Source: an uncultured Lachnospiraceae bacterium (GTDB lineage Bacteria; Bacillota; Clostridia; Lachnospirales; Lachnospiraceae). Taken from it: a DNA stretch of 64,000 nucleotides. Where the stretch lies: NCBI GenBank assembly GCA_910587935.1, contig CAJUNP010000013.1, positions 2,070-66,069 of the forward strand, in the 5' to 3' direction. This document shows positions 54,370 through 63,052 of the stretch, piece by piece. Within the stretch, counting starts at the first letter, position 1. Each line of letters starts with the position of its first letter. A program made the translations under genes and the position numbers. The notes below the pieces were generated by a model. That model saw nothing but the letters and a program-made list of their open reading frames with translations. It searched no databases and was not told the origin of the DNA.

Positions 54370-54492
54370 GGACTTTCCGCTTTATTCATTAGTTATATCC
54401 CAATGTTTTATCGGATACATATAAGAAAATATATGAGAAAAACAAGGTATAGCATATATAAAATTATGATATTATTGGATTATATATTGCCA

Positions 54493-54521
54493 TTGACATA
54501 TAAAAATTAGAAATGTATAAT
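54493..54521 (+). promoter_or_regulatory. Perfect-consensus sigma-A promoter of the cassette
   Basis: TTGACA (54493-54498), exactly 17 nt, TATAAT (54516-54521). It lies 29 nt upstream of ATG 54551. Confidence 0.65.
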
Positions 54522-54550
54522 AGCATAAAATATTGGAAAGGACTAATTGG

Positions 54551-55531
54551 ATGAATTATCAAAATATTATTGATGACTTTATAACAGAATATCCAGATTA
54601 TAAAAGTGATGTAATGAATTTTACCGAATATCTGGAAATACATTGGGGAAATTCTTTGTCGGGAGAACCACTCCGTATTTTACTTAAGGGTATAGACGTT
54701 GAATTTATATTACAGAGCCTGATTTATAATGTGGAAGATATACAGCGATATAAGAGCAAGACAAAGGCTAAACGGTATGCCACCGTGGTAGGATTGCTTT
54801 TTAACTACATCCGAAAGACTACAGATATTGCAAACCCTGAATTATATGATGCAATTTCGTTTAACCGCCTGCGGGAAAATTCATATATGAAACGAATGAT
54901 GGCATATATTGAGAAATGTGATTTGCTTGCGGGTATAGTTGAGCAGGAACCGTTGACGTTTATGCAAGCCGAAGAACTTTTGGCATGGTCAAATGAACAG
55001 CTTGAAGATACAGAATGGGGAGGGGCTACGGATCTTAAGAAGGCAATGGCGGCTATCGGAATAAAGATGATGATGCTTTATGGGATCACATATCGTGAAT
55101 TGAGAAAAATCAAATGGGAGAATTTCGATGAATATTATGGTTTTATTACAGTAAATGGTTTTGAACTTCGTTTGCCGCCCAAATTGTCAAGGCAGTTACA
55201 GCAAGTGCAGAAATTTGTTTTTCAGAATCATGTAAAGAGCAATGAGGACTTGCTTTTTACGGATGGGAATGGAGAACCGTGGGGGGAGATAACATCTTCT
55301 TCTGGAATTCCCGACTATTTAGGGACTTTGATAGAAGTTACAAGTGTAACCAGCATTGTCAAGTATGGAATAGGACAACTTCTCAAGGCTGGGTTAAGTG
55401 ATTCTGTTATTAAAAAAATAACAGGTGCAAGTGATAAACTGATTCAAGGGTGTCTCTTGACAGAGGATGATGAACTCAAAAAGACTATAAATAATAAAAT
55501 TGTTATGGCAGAGTTATATTATGAGTTTTGA
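54551..55531 (+). CDS. Tyrosine-recombinase-like protein lacking most catalytic residues
   Basis: ATG 54551 lies 8 nt after AAAGGA, giving 326 aa. An N-terminal SAM-like/core-binding-like region is followed by LYGITYRELRKIKWENFD (Arg-I box retained), LLFTDGNGEPW, SVTSIVKYGIGQLLKAGL in place of H-x-L-R-H, ITGASD in place of LGHS, and LIQGCLLT in place of the Tyr box. Confidence 0.6.
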   Translation: MNYQNIIDDFITEYPDYKSDVMNFTEYLEIHWGNSLSGEPLRILLKGIDVEFILQSLIYNVEDIQRYKSKTKAKRYATVVGLLFNYIRKTTDIANPELYDAISFNRLRENSYMKRMMAYIEKCDLLAGIVEQEPLTFMQAEELLAWSNEQLEDTEWGGATDLKKAMAAIGIKMMMLYGITYRELRKIKWENFDEYYGFITVNGFELRLPPKLSRQLQQVQKFVFQNHVKSNEDLLFTDGNGEPWGEITSSSGIPDYLGTLIEVTSVTSIVKYGIGQLLKAGLSDSVIKKITGASDKLIQGCLLTEDDELKKTINNKIVMAELYYEF

Positions 55532-55563
55532 AGAAGATAGAGCAGACAGGGAGAGATAAATCT

Positions 55564-56598
55564 GTGGATGAAAATAAAGGTGAAGTTTTAATCTATCAGT
55601 CAGAAGACGGATTAACCAATGTCGAAGTAACTGTACGGGATGAAACGGTTTGGCTTTCCCAACAACAAATGGCAGAGCTGTTTCAAACGTCGAGAACAAA
55701 TGTTGTAGAACACATAAAACATATTTTTGCAGAAGGAGAATTAGACGAAGCCTCAACCTGTCGGAATTTCCGACAGGTTCGGCAGGAGGGAACAAGGCAG
55801 GTTACAAGAGAGATACCATATTATAATCTGGATATGATTATATCTTTGGGATATAGAATAAAGTCTCTTATAGCAACGAGATTCAGGAAATGGGCAACAG
55901 AACGTTTAAAGGAATACATGGTTAAGGGCTTTACGATGGATGACGAACGCCTTAAAGGCAATGGTGGAGGGAATTATTGGAAAGAGCTTTTAGACCGTAT
56001 TCGTGATATTCGTTCTTCGGAAAAAGTGCTTTATCGTCAGGTTTTGGATTTATATGCCACAAGTGTAGATTATGACCCCCATAGTGAGGAGTCGATTCGT
56101 TTTTTTAAAATAGTACAAAATAAGCTTCATTTTGCGGCACATGGACATACTGCGGCAGAAATAGTTTTTGAGCGTGCTGATGCACAAAAACCTTTTATGG
56201 GATTGACATCCTTTTCAGGAGAGTTACCTGCTCTTAAAGATATTGGAATTGCAAAGAATTATTTAAAGGAAGATGAACTAAAGATACTAAATAATTTGGT
56301 ATCTGGTTATTTTGATTTGGCGGAAATTAATGCGATTGAACATCGCCCAATGTACATGAATGATTATGTTGAACAGCTTGATTCGGTATTATCGTCAGGA
56401 AATAGAAAAATACTCAGTGATGGTGGCAGAGTAAGCCATGCTCAGGCAATGAAAAAAGCAAAAGAAGAATACCAAAAGTATCAGGCAGCCACAATTTCTC
56501 CGGTTGAGGACGCTTACCTAAAAACAGTAAAAATGGCAGCTAAAGCAGCAAAACAGCAAAACAGGCTGGTAGAAAAAACAAATACTGATGGACGATAA
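55564..56598 (+). CDS. RhuM-family protein (PF13310-like)
   Basis: VLIYQSEDGLTNVEVTVRDETVWLSQQQMAELFQTSRTNVVEHIKHIFAEGEL ... YNLDMIISLGYRIKS..ATRFRKWATERLKEYMVKGF ... WKELLDRIRDIRSSEK is the hallmark RhuM N-terminal pattern. GTG 55564 (7 nt after GGGAGAG) is preferred. TTG 55528, which overlaps the upstream stop, is the alternative. Confidence 0.7.
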   Translation: MDENKGEVLIYQSEDGLTNVEVTVRDETVWLSQQQMAELFQTSRTNVVEHIKHIFAEGELDEASTCRNFRQVRQEGTRQVTREIPYYNLDMIISLGYRIKSLIATRFRKWATERLKEYMVKGFTMDDERLKGNGGGNYWKELLDRIRDIRSSEKVLYRQVLDLYATSVDYDPHSEESIRFFKIVQNKLHFAAHGHTAAEIVFERADAQKPFMGLTSFSGELPALKDIGIAKNYLKEDELKILNNLVSGYFDLAEINAIEHRPMYMNDYVEQLDSVLSSGNRKILSDGGRVSHAQAMKKAKEEYQKYQAATISPVEDAYLKTVKMAAKAAKQQNRLVEKTNTDGR

Positions 56599-56640
56599 TG
56601 ATGTTATTTTTAAAGTTCGTGTCATTAACTTGACACAAGG

Positions 56641-56941
56641 GGGGCTGAAGGCGATGGAGGAACTGGCGAAGCTGGAGCAAGATAGAGGGAATCCGGCGTA
56701 TTTGAGTGATAGTAAGAGAACGGGTGGAAAGCAGGAGCGTATTGCAAGTAATGAAATGTGTACATTTTTGATATTAAACATTTCATCGTTACAGCTGATC
56801 CCCGTTAATATGATTGCTTACAGGCAGCAGTACGGGAGCGTGAACCCGGCGGGAATCATTGCCCCGGCAATTATGGCGACATTTGTGAGTACGGCGGTGG
56901 CAGTAGTATACTGCAAAGTGAAAAATAGGAAAAAAATCTAA
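56641..56941 (+). pseudogene. Direct repeat copy B: headless 3' fragment of an spmA gene
   Basis: Encodes GLKAMEELAKLEQDRGNPAYLSDSKRTGGKQERIASNEMCTFLILNISSLQLIPVNMIAYRQQYGSVNPAGIIAPAIMATFVSTAVAVVYCKVKNRKKI. The roughly 110 N-terminal residues of SpmA are absent, and the upstream 17 codons of the tracked ORF are unrelated. Confidence 0.8.
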
Positions 56942-56959
56942 ATAACTTATAAAAATCCA

Positions 56960-56987
56960 TTGATGTTGCAAAAAAATATGATACAAT
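56960..56987 (+). promoter_or_regulatory. Putative promoter of the cas operon (extended -10)
   Basis: TTGATG (56960-56965), 16-nt spacer ending in TG, then TACAAT (56982-56987). It lies 71 nt upstream of cas3. Confidence 0.45.
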
Positions 56988-57058
56988 ATTACTAATAAAA
57001 ATTATTTATTTGCATTTTCCACAAACGAAAAATCAGGAGATAATTTATTGTAATTAAT

Positions 57059-59500
57059 ATGATTGCACACATTTCAGAAGACGGACTTAAAAGAGAAGAA
57101 TCTGTAGCGGAACACACCGAAAAGACCAGATTGTTATGCGATCAAAAAGGGAAGCGGTGCGGTATTTCCCAGCTTATGTCATTATGCGCAATTTTGCATG
57201 ATATGGGAAAAAACAAGCGCAAATTTGACGAATACCTGCGTGCGGATGAAAAAGTAAGACAAAAGTTAAAAGGCAGCATTGCCCATGCTTCTACAGGGGC
57301 AAAGTATGTCTATGACCTGCTCCGTGACGATACCGCCAACATGCGGTTGATGACAGAGATGATTTCTTATGCGTCAGCTGCGCATCACGGGTTATTTGAC
57401 TGTGTGGATCCGGAATATACCGATAGATTTTCAAAAAAATTAAGTGCGGTTGACGATTATGATGAAGCTTGCCGCAATGCAAAGCGGGATTATCTGGATG
57501 CGTATGATCAGGATCAATTATTTGCGGAGTCGTTTTGTGAATTTCAAGCTGTTTTGGAAAAAATTAAAATCATATATAACGAACTTAAGCCTGCGCTGTT
57601 ATCTAAGGGCAATCGAGATATAAAAGAACGATTATCCGGCTGCAGGCTCTTTTTGTTTTCCTGTTTGCAGCGCCTGATTTTATCCATATTAATTGATTCG
57701 GACTGGGAGGCAACCTCCGATTTTATGGAGAATGTGGACACAATGTCAAAAAAGCCGCGTTTTCCTGTAAAAGAGCGCTTTAAAAAAGCTGGGGAAAATT
57801 TTGCGTCATATATGCGGAAAAAACAGCAGTCCATAAATATTTCCGGACTGACGGATAAAGAAAAAATCATTTTTGAAGCAAGAAATGCGCTGCAGGAGGA
57901 ATGTAGACAGTTTGCAAAATATCCTGCCGGGATATACTGTCTGCCTGTCCCTACCGGCGGCGGAAAGACGCTCGGCAGCCTTGCGTATGCATTGGAATAC
58001 TGCAGGCTTCACCCCGAAACGGAACGCGTTATCTATGTGTCTCCATATATCAGCGTTACGGAGCAGAATGCGCAGGTATTCCGCGAAGCCATAGGCAATG
58101 ACGACTGGATATTGGAACATCATTCTTCCGTTGTCAGAAATGAAAGGACAGAAGATGAGGATTACAAAACCGAAAAGCTGTCGAGGTATGACATAAACTG
58201 GGAAGAACCGTTTATCTGTACAACATTCGTTCAGTTTATGAATACGCTTTTTTCGGATAAAAGCGAGTCCGTACGGCGTATGCACAGGCTTGTCAACGCG
58301 GTTGTCATTATCGATGAAGTGCAGTCGATGCCGTTAAAATGCGTACATACTTTTAACTATATGATTAACTTCCTGAATAAAGTATGCAATACGGATATTG
58401 TTCTGTGTACCGCGACGCAGCCGGCTTTAGCGGAAACCGAGTGCCCTGTCTGTTACGGAAAACCGCAGTACATGATTAAAAATGTTGCCGACTGGTTTTA
58501 TAAGTTTGAACGGGTCAGGATACATACGCCCGGAATAGACGAAAAGTATACCTTTAAGAGCCTCGGGGACGAAATTCTGGAAAGGACAGAGCGGTTCAAA
58601 TCAATTCTTGTGGTGCTGAATACGAAGTCGGCGGTGAGAAAGCTGTATGATATATTAAAAGCGCGGGGGATTCCTGCGGAGTATCTTACCACAAACTTAT
58701 GCGCCGAGCACAGAAGCGATAAGATTAAGTCCATAAAAGAAATACTGGAGAAAAAGCAGAAGCCGATTGTTGTAGTCAGTACGAATCTGATCGAGGCGGG
58801 CGTGGATATTTCCTTTGAATGTGTATACCGTTCTATGGCGGGGCTGGACAGTCTGGCACAGACGGCGGGACGGTGCAACCGAAACGGCGAACTGGATTAT
58901 GGGACAATCCGCCTGATTCAGCTTGAGGATGAAAAAACCGGAAATATGGAAGAATTACAGCAGAATATCAGGGCGGCGGAAAACGTTCTATACCAGTTTG
59001 AGAACAGCGATAAGCGGGAAAGCCTTCTGATGCCCGGATGGATGGAAACATATTATCGGAATGTGTACTGTAATATGTCGGACACAATGAATTTTCCGAT
59101 CAAAAAACTGGATACAAATATACTGGAACTCCTGTCGGCCGGATTTGGTACGCCGGGAACCATGGGAGACAGGAAAAACCAGATGAATCAGGCGTATAAG
59201 ACCGCGGGCCGGGAGTACCGGGTGATAGACGACGATTCATTTGGCGTAATTGTGCCATATAAGAAAGGGGCGGAGATTATTGAAGCCATTCAGACGGCGG
59301 CGGATACGGCGCAGATAAAAACACATATAAGAAATGCCCAGAGGTATACGGTAAACGTCAGGGGAAGCCAGTTGAAAAAATTCAGCGGACTGATACAGGC
59401 GGTAAGCGATTCCGTACCGGGCCTTTATATGGCGGCCGCGCCGGGATCGTACAGCCTGGAATATGGGATTACGCCGGAGTGGGAGACCCTTATATTTTAA
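57059..59500 (+). CDS. cas3: CRISPR-associated helicase/endonuclease Cas3 (HD nuclease + SF2 helicase), type I-C context
   Basis: 813 aa. HD domain VAEHTEKT...AILHDMGKNKRKF...AAHHGLFD. Helicase motif I LPVPTGGGKTLGSL, motif II VVIIDEVQSM, motif III CTATQP, motif VI AQTAGRCNRNG. Confidence 0.9.
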   Translation: MIAHISEDGLKREESVAEHTEKTRLLCDQKGKRCGISQLMSLCAILHDMGKNKRKFDEYLRADEKVRQKLKGSIAHASTGAKYVYDLLRDDTANMRLMTEMISYASAAHHGLFDCVDPEYTDRFSKKLSAVDDYDEACRNAKRDYLDAYDQDQLFAESFCEFQAVLEKIKIIYNELKPALLSKGNRDIKERLSGCRLFLFSCLQRLILSILIDSDWEATSDFMENVDTMSKKPRFPVKERFKKAGENFASYMRKKQQSINISGLTDKEKIIFEARNALQEECRQFAKYPAGIYCLPVPTGGGKTLGSLAYALEYCRLHPETERVIYVSPYISVTEQNAQVFREAIGNDDWILEHHSSVVRNERTEDEDYKTEKLSRYDINWEEPFICTTFVQFMNTLFSDKSESVRRMHRLVNAVVIIDEVQSMPLKCVHTFNYMINFLNKVCNTDIVLCTATQPALAETECPVCYGKPQYMIKNVADWFYKFERVRIHTPGIDEKYTFKSLGDEILERTERFKSILVVLNTKSAVRKLYDILKARGIPAEYLTTNLCAEHRSDKIKSIKEILEKKQKPIVVVSTNLIEAGVDISFECVYRSMAGLDSLAQTAGRCNRNGELDYGTIRLIQLEDEKTGNMEELQQNIRAAENVLYQFENSDKRESLLMPGWMETYYRNVYCNMSDTMNFPIKKLDTNILELLSAGFGTPGTMGDRKNQMNQAYKTAGREYRVIDDDSFGVIVPYKKGAEIIEAIQTAADTAQIKTHIRNAQRYTVNVRGSQLKKFSGLIQAVSDSVPGLYMAAAPGSYSLEYGITPEWETLIF

Positions 59501-59525
59501 CATAAAGAGAAAGGACGGGTGAAGC

Positions 59526-60272
59526 ATGGACAAGCCTAATATCATTGAATACAGCGTATTCGGGAGATATGCATTATTTACGGACCCTGTGTCTAAGACA
59601 GGCGGAGAAAAGTGCAGCTACCAGATACCTACTTATCAGGCGCTGAAAGGAATAACGGAATCCATATATTGGAAACCTACCATAACGTGGATTATTGATG
59701 AGTGCCGTATTATGAGTCAGATCCGGACGGAATCGAAAGGAATGAGACCGATAAAATACGGCGGCGGCAACGATTTAGCCTATTATACCTATCTGCACAA
59801 CGTGGAATATCAGGTAAGGGCGCACTTTGAATGGAATGAAAGCCGGGAAGATCTGGCACAGGACCGCAATGAAAATAAACACTACGACATTGCCAGAAGA
59901 ATGGTTGAGAGAGGAGGACGGAGGGATATTTTCCTGGGCGCGAGAGAATGTCAGGGATATGTGGAGGCCTGTTCTTTTGGGGAAGGAAAAGGAGCGTATG
60001 ACGGGATGGATATGTCCTACGGCATCATGGTGCATGGCATCACATATCCGGACGAGGCTGTCAGAGAAGAGGAAAAAGGAAAAATGACGGTGCGGCTTTG
60101 GAACGCACAGATGAAAAACGGAGTTCTGCATTTTCCGCGTCCGGAGGAATGTACGATCCGCAAGGTTCTGCGTGATGCAAAAGAAAAGCGGTTTGTGCCG
60201 GGGCAGAACTTCAGGGGATTACAGGAATTTGAAGGAGGTGAGTTATTTGGCTTTGCTAAAGACTTTGGCTGA
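59526..60272 (+). CDS. cas5: Cas5d (Cas5c) pre-crRNA endoribonuclease subunit, type I-C
   Basis: 248 aa. [42 protein letters not shown] ... [16 protein letters not shown] is closely similar to characterised Cas5d proteins. Confidence 0.9.
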   Translation: MDKPNIIEYSVFGRYALFTDPVSKTGGEKCSYQIPTYQALKGITESIYWKPTITWIIDECRIMSQIRTESKGMRPIKYGGGNDLAYYTYLHNVEYQVRAHFEWNESREDLAQDRNENKHYDIARRMVERGGRRDIFLGARECQGYVEACSFGEGKGAYDGMDMSYGIMVHGITYPDEAVREEEKGKMTVRLWNAQMKNGVLHFPRPEECTIRKVLRDAKEKRFVPGQNFRGLQEFEGGELFGFAKDFG

Positions 60273-62169
60273 TACCTATGATGTCTTTGCCGACCAGGCG
60301 GGAGCCGATAAGAACGGGCAGCCGGTGTTGCTGCCGATTTCCCATTCGACCTTTAATGCCCAGATAGAGGTGGCGATCGATCAGGATGGTAATTTTCAGG
60401 GAGCCAAAAAGCTTGAAAAGGGCAGGGATGTGGTGACAATTATCCCGGTCACAGAAGATTCGGCGGCCAGGAGCAGCGGCATTGCGCCGCATCCACTGTG
60501 TGATAAGCTCTGTTATGCGGCGGGAGATTATACCCTGTATACGGGCGATGATAAGGAAGCGTATTTTGAGGCCTACATTGAGTTGCTGCGGGATTGGGCG
60601 GAATCTGAGTTTACACATCCCATGGTAAAGGCGGTATACCAATATGTAAATAAGAAATTGCTGATACAGGATCTGGTAATGAGTAAAGCGTTGGAATTGG
60701 ACGAAGACGGTAAGCTCACGGATCACGTTAAAATACACGGACAGGGACAAACGGGAGCTAATGTACGGTTTGTAGTCCGAGGAAACAGTATGCCGCAGGA
60801 AGTGTGGAAGAATCAGGAGCTATATAATAGGTACTGTGAATATTATAAACAAAAATCAGAGGGAAAGCAGCTGTGTTATATATCCGGCGATATTGTATCC
60901 TGCTCTGACAAGCATCCGTCCAAGATCCGTAACAGCGGCGATAAGGCAAAGCTGTTATCGGGAAATGATGAATCCGGTTTTACATACCGCGGAAGGTTTA
61001 CTTCAAAAGAACAGGCGGTTACGGTCGGATATGACACGTCCCAGAAGGCGCATAACGCGCTTCGGTGGCTGATTCAAAAGCAAGGGTATACGCGTGATGA
61101 ATCGGCGATTGTCTGGTGGATGACAAACCGGGATATGCAGCTTCCGGATATGATGAAGGACTCCGTCAACGCATGGCAGGCGGTAGACGACTTTGACTTT
61201 GACAATATTGCTTCCGATGAGACTGTAAAGCGTGATACGGGTAAATATTTTGCGGAGCAGTTTAACAATGCGGTAAACGGTTATGCCGGAAAGGTCAGGG
61301 TGGATGACCGGGTTGCCGTTGCCGCTCTGGATGCGGCGACAACGGGGCGCCTTTCGGCCGTGTACTATGATGAAATGGGCGGAAAGCAGTATATCGATGC
61401 AATACTGAACTGGCAGCAGCATTGTAAGTGGCGCCGTACCATTAAATTGGGAAGGACGGAAGAAAGTATAAAAAGAATTACCTGCGAGTGTACGCCGTCC
61501 CCCAGGGATATGGCGCTTGCAGCCTTTGGTGTACAGAGATCGGAATGGCTGGAGGCGGATGGGAAGCTGCTTCGCGCAACGGTTAAACGGCTGCTCCCAT
61601 GCATCACGAAAAAGGGAACGCCGATTCCCGAAGATATGATTAAAGCGGCGGTGCGGCGGGCGTCCATGCCGCAGACAATGAGCGAATTTGTCTGGTATAA
61701 CGACGTGCTGTGCGTTGTATGCGCAATGATACGGTATAAATATGAGCAGAGAGGTAAAGCAATGGAAAATTTTTTGAATGACAACGAAAACGATCGAAGC
61801 GTTCTTTTCGGGCGGCTGCTGGCAGTGTATGATTTTATGGAACAGCAGGCAATGTTTGAATATGACGAAAACGGCAAGGTGAAGGAACAGCGGACAACCA
61901 ATGCAAAGCGTTACTGGAATGCGTATAGCAGCAGGCCGGCAAGAACGTTAAAGGCAATCAGACAAAATCTGGTTCCTTATGAAAAAAAGCTGAAGGACTA
62001 CAATCGGAAAAGGTTTGAGGATTGGGCAGGCGGCATTATGATGCGCATGGACAGAAATATCTATGATAACACGCCCCTGTCGGAACTGTATTTACCCGCA
62101 TATTATCAACAAATGGAATGGATGAAAAACGAGTATTGGAAAAAAGGCGAACAGGAGTCTGCGGACTGA
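60247..62169 (+). CDS. cas8c: Cas8c (Csd1) large subunit, type I-C
   Basis: TTG 60247 lies 6 nt after GGAGGTG, giving 640 aa. Size and position between cas5d and cas7/csd2 fit, as does the N-terminus [12 protein letters not shown]. The 60172 start in the track would overlap cas5 by 100 nt. Confidence 0.8.
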   Translation: MALLKTLADTYDVFADQAGADKNGQPVLLPISHSTFNAQIEVAIDQDGNFQGAKKLEKGRDVVTIIPVTEDSAARSSGIAPHPLCDKLCYAAGDYTLYTGDDKEAYFEAYIELLRDWAESEFTHPMVKAVYQYVNKKLLIQDLVMSKALELDEDGKLTDHVKIHGQGQTGANVRFVVRGNSMPQEVWKNQELYNRYCEYYKQKSEGKQLCYISGDIVSCSDKHPSKIRNSGDKAKLLSGNDESGFTYRGRFTSKEQAVTVGYDTSQKAHNALRWLIQKQGYTRDESAIVWWMTNRDMQLPDMMKDSVNAWQAVDDFDFDNIASDETVKRDTGKYFAEQFNNAVNGYAGKVRVDDRVAVAALDAATTGRLSAVYYDEMGGKQYIDAILNWQQHCKWRRTIKLGRTEESIKRITCECTPSPRDMALAAFGVQRSEWLEADGKLLRATVKRLLPCITKKGTPIPEDMIKAAVRRASMPQTMSEFVWYNDVLCVVCAMIRYKYEQRGKAMENFLNDNENDRSVLFGRLLAVYDFMEQQAMFEYDENGKVKEQRTTNAKRYWNAYSSRPARTLKAIRQNLVPYEKKLKDYNRKRFEDWAGGIMMRMDRNIYDNTPLSELYLPAYYQQMEWMKNEYWKKGEQESAD

Positions 62170-62198
62170 CAAACGAAAAGAAAGGCGAGGATAAAAGT

Positions 62199-63050
62199 AT
62201 GAGCGAATTTACAAACAAAATTGATTTTGAAGTTTTGGCAATGGTTAAAAATGCGAATCCCAACGGCGATCCGTTAAATGGTAACAGGCCGCGCGAGACC
62301 TACGACGGATATGGAGAAATTTCAGACGTATGTATTAAACGAAAAATCAGAAACCGACTGCAGGATATGGGTGAAAAGATTTTTGTTCAGAGTGACGAAC
62401 GGTCTGACGACGGGTGTAAGAGTCTTGCGGACCGGGCCAAGAGCAACGAACTGATGCAGAAAGCGTTAAAGGAAAAAGATAAAGAGACTTATGCAAAGGC
62501 GGCCTGTGAGACATGGATCGATGTGCGCAGCTTTGGTCAGGTGTTTGCATTTAAAGACGACAGTGTATCCGTCGGCGTAAGAGGTCCCGTATCGGTTCAT
62601 TCTGCGTTCAGCGTATTGCCGGTGTCCATTGACAGTATGCAGATTACCAAAAGCGTTAACAGCGAAACGGAAAAAAGCGGAAAGAAATCCTCCGACACCA
62701 TGGGAATGAAACACAAAATATACTCGGCTTTATACGTTATAAAGGGAAGTATCAACTGCCAGCTTGCCGAAAAGACAGGGTTTGGGGATGAAGACGCGGA
62801 GAAAATCAAAGAGGCGCTTCGTACTTTGTTCGTAAACGACAGTTCGTCCGCAAGGCCGGACGGAAGCATGGAAGTTTGCAAGGTATACTGGTGGAAGCAT
62901 AATTGTCCTGCAGGACAGTACTCATCGGCAAAGGTCCATAAGCTTGTAAGGATTGAGGCAAAAACGGATGATCCCAAGGAGTTTGAAGATTACGAAATAA
63001 AAGTAGATTCTCTGCCGGATCTGGCTTTGGAAGAAATAGAAGGTATTTAA
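62199..63050 (+). CDS. cas7: Cas7 (Csd2) backbone subunit, type I-C
   Basis: ATG 62199 follows AAAGGCGAGGA, giving 283 aa. FEVLAMVKNANPNGDPLNGNRPRETYDGYGEISDVCIKRKIRNRL is the canonical Csd2 N-terminus. Confidence 0.9.
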   Translation: MSEFTNKIDFEVLAMVKNANPNGDPLNGNRPRETYDGYGEISDVCIKRKIRNRLQDMGEKIFVQSDERSDDGCKSLADRAKSNELMQKALKEKDKETYAKAACETWIDVRSFGQVFAFKDDSVSVGVRGPVSVHSAFSVLPVSIDSMQITKSVNSETEKSGKKSSDTMGMKHKIYSALYVIKGSINCQLAEKTGFGDEDAEKIKEALRTLFVNDSSSARPDGSMEVCKVYWWKHNCPAGQYSSAKVHKLVRIEAKTDDPKEFEDYEIKVDSLPDLALEEIEGI

Positions 63051-63052
63051 TT

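Larger units (their letters stand above)
54370..56640 (+). mobile_element. Low-GC 2.3-kb insertion bounded by the duplicated spmA 3' ends
   Basis: Bracketed by the diverged direct repeats. Sampled 60-nt lines inside are about 18-38% GC, against about 60% at 54001-54060. It carries an integrase-fold gene at the left border. Confidence 0.5.

Noticed and set aside
56588-56640. First 17 codons (MDDNDVIFKVRVINLTQ) of the ORF covering spmA copy B
   Set aside because: They have no similarity to SpmA and overlap the RhuM gene end. This is a fortuitous open frame rather than evidence that the fragment is expressed as a protein.
60172-60246. ATG-initiated extension of cas8c (and 62118-62198 for cas7)
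   Set aside because: These would overlap cas5 (or cas8c) by about 100 nt and add basic junk residues. Strong RBSs precede TTG 60247 and ATG 62199, which give canonical N-termini.
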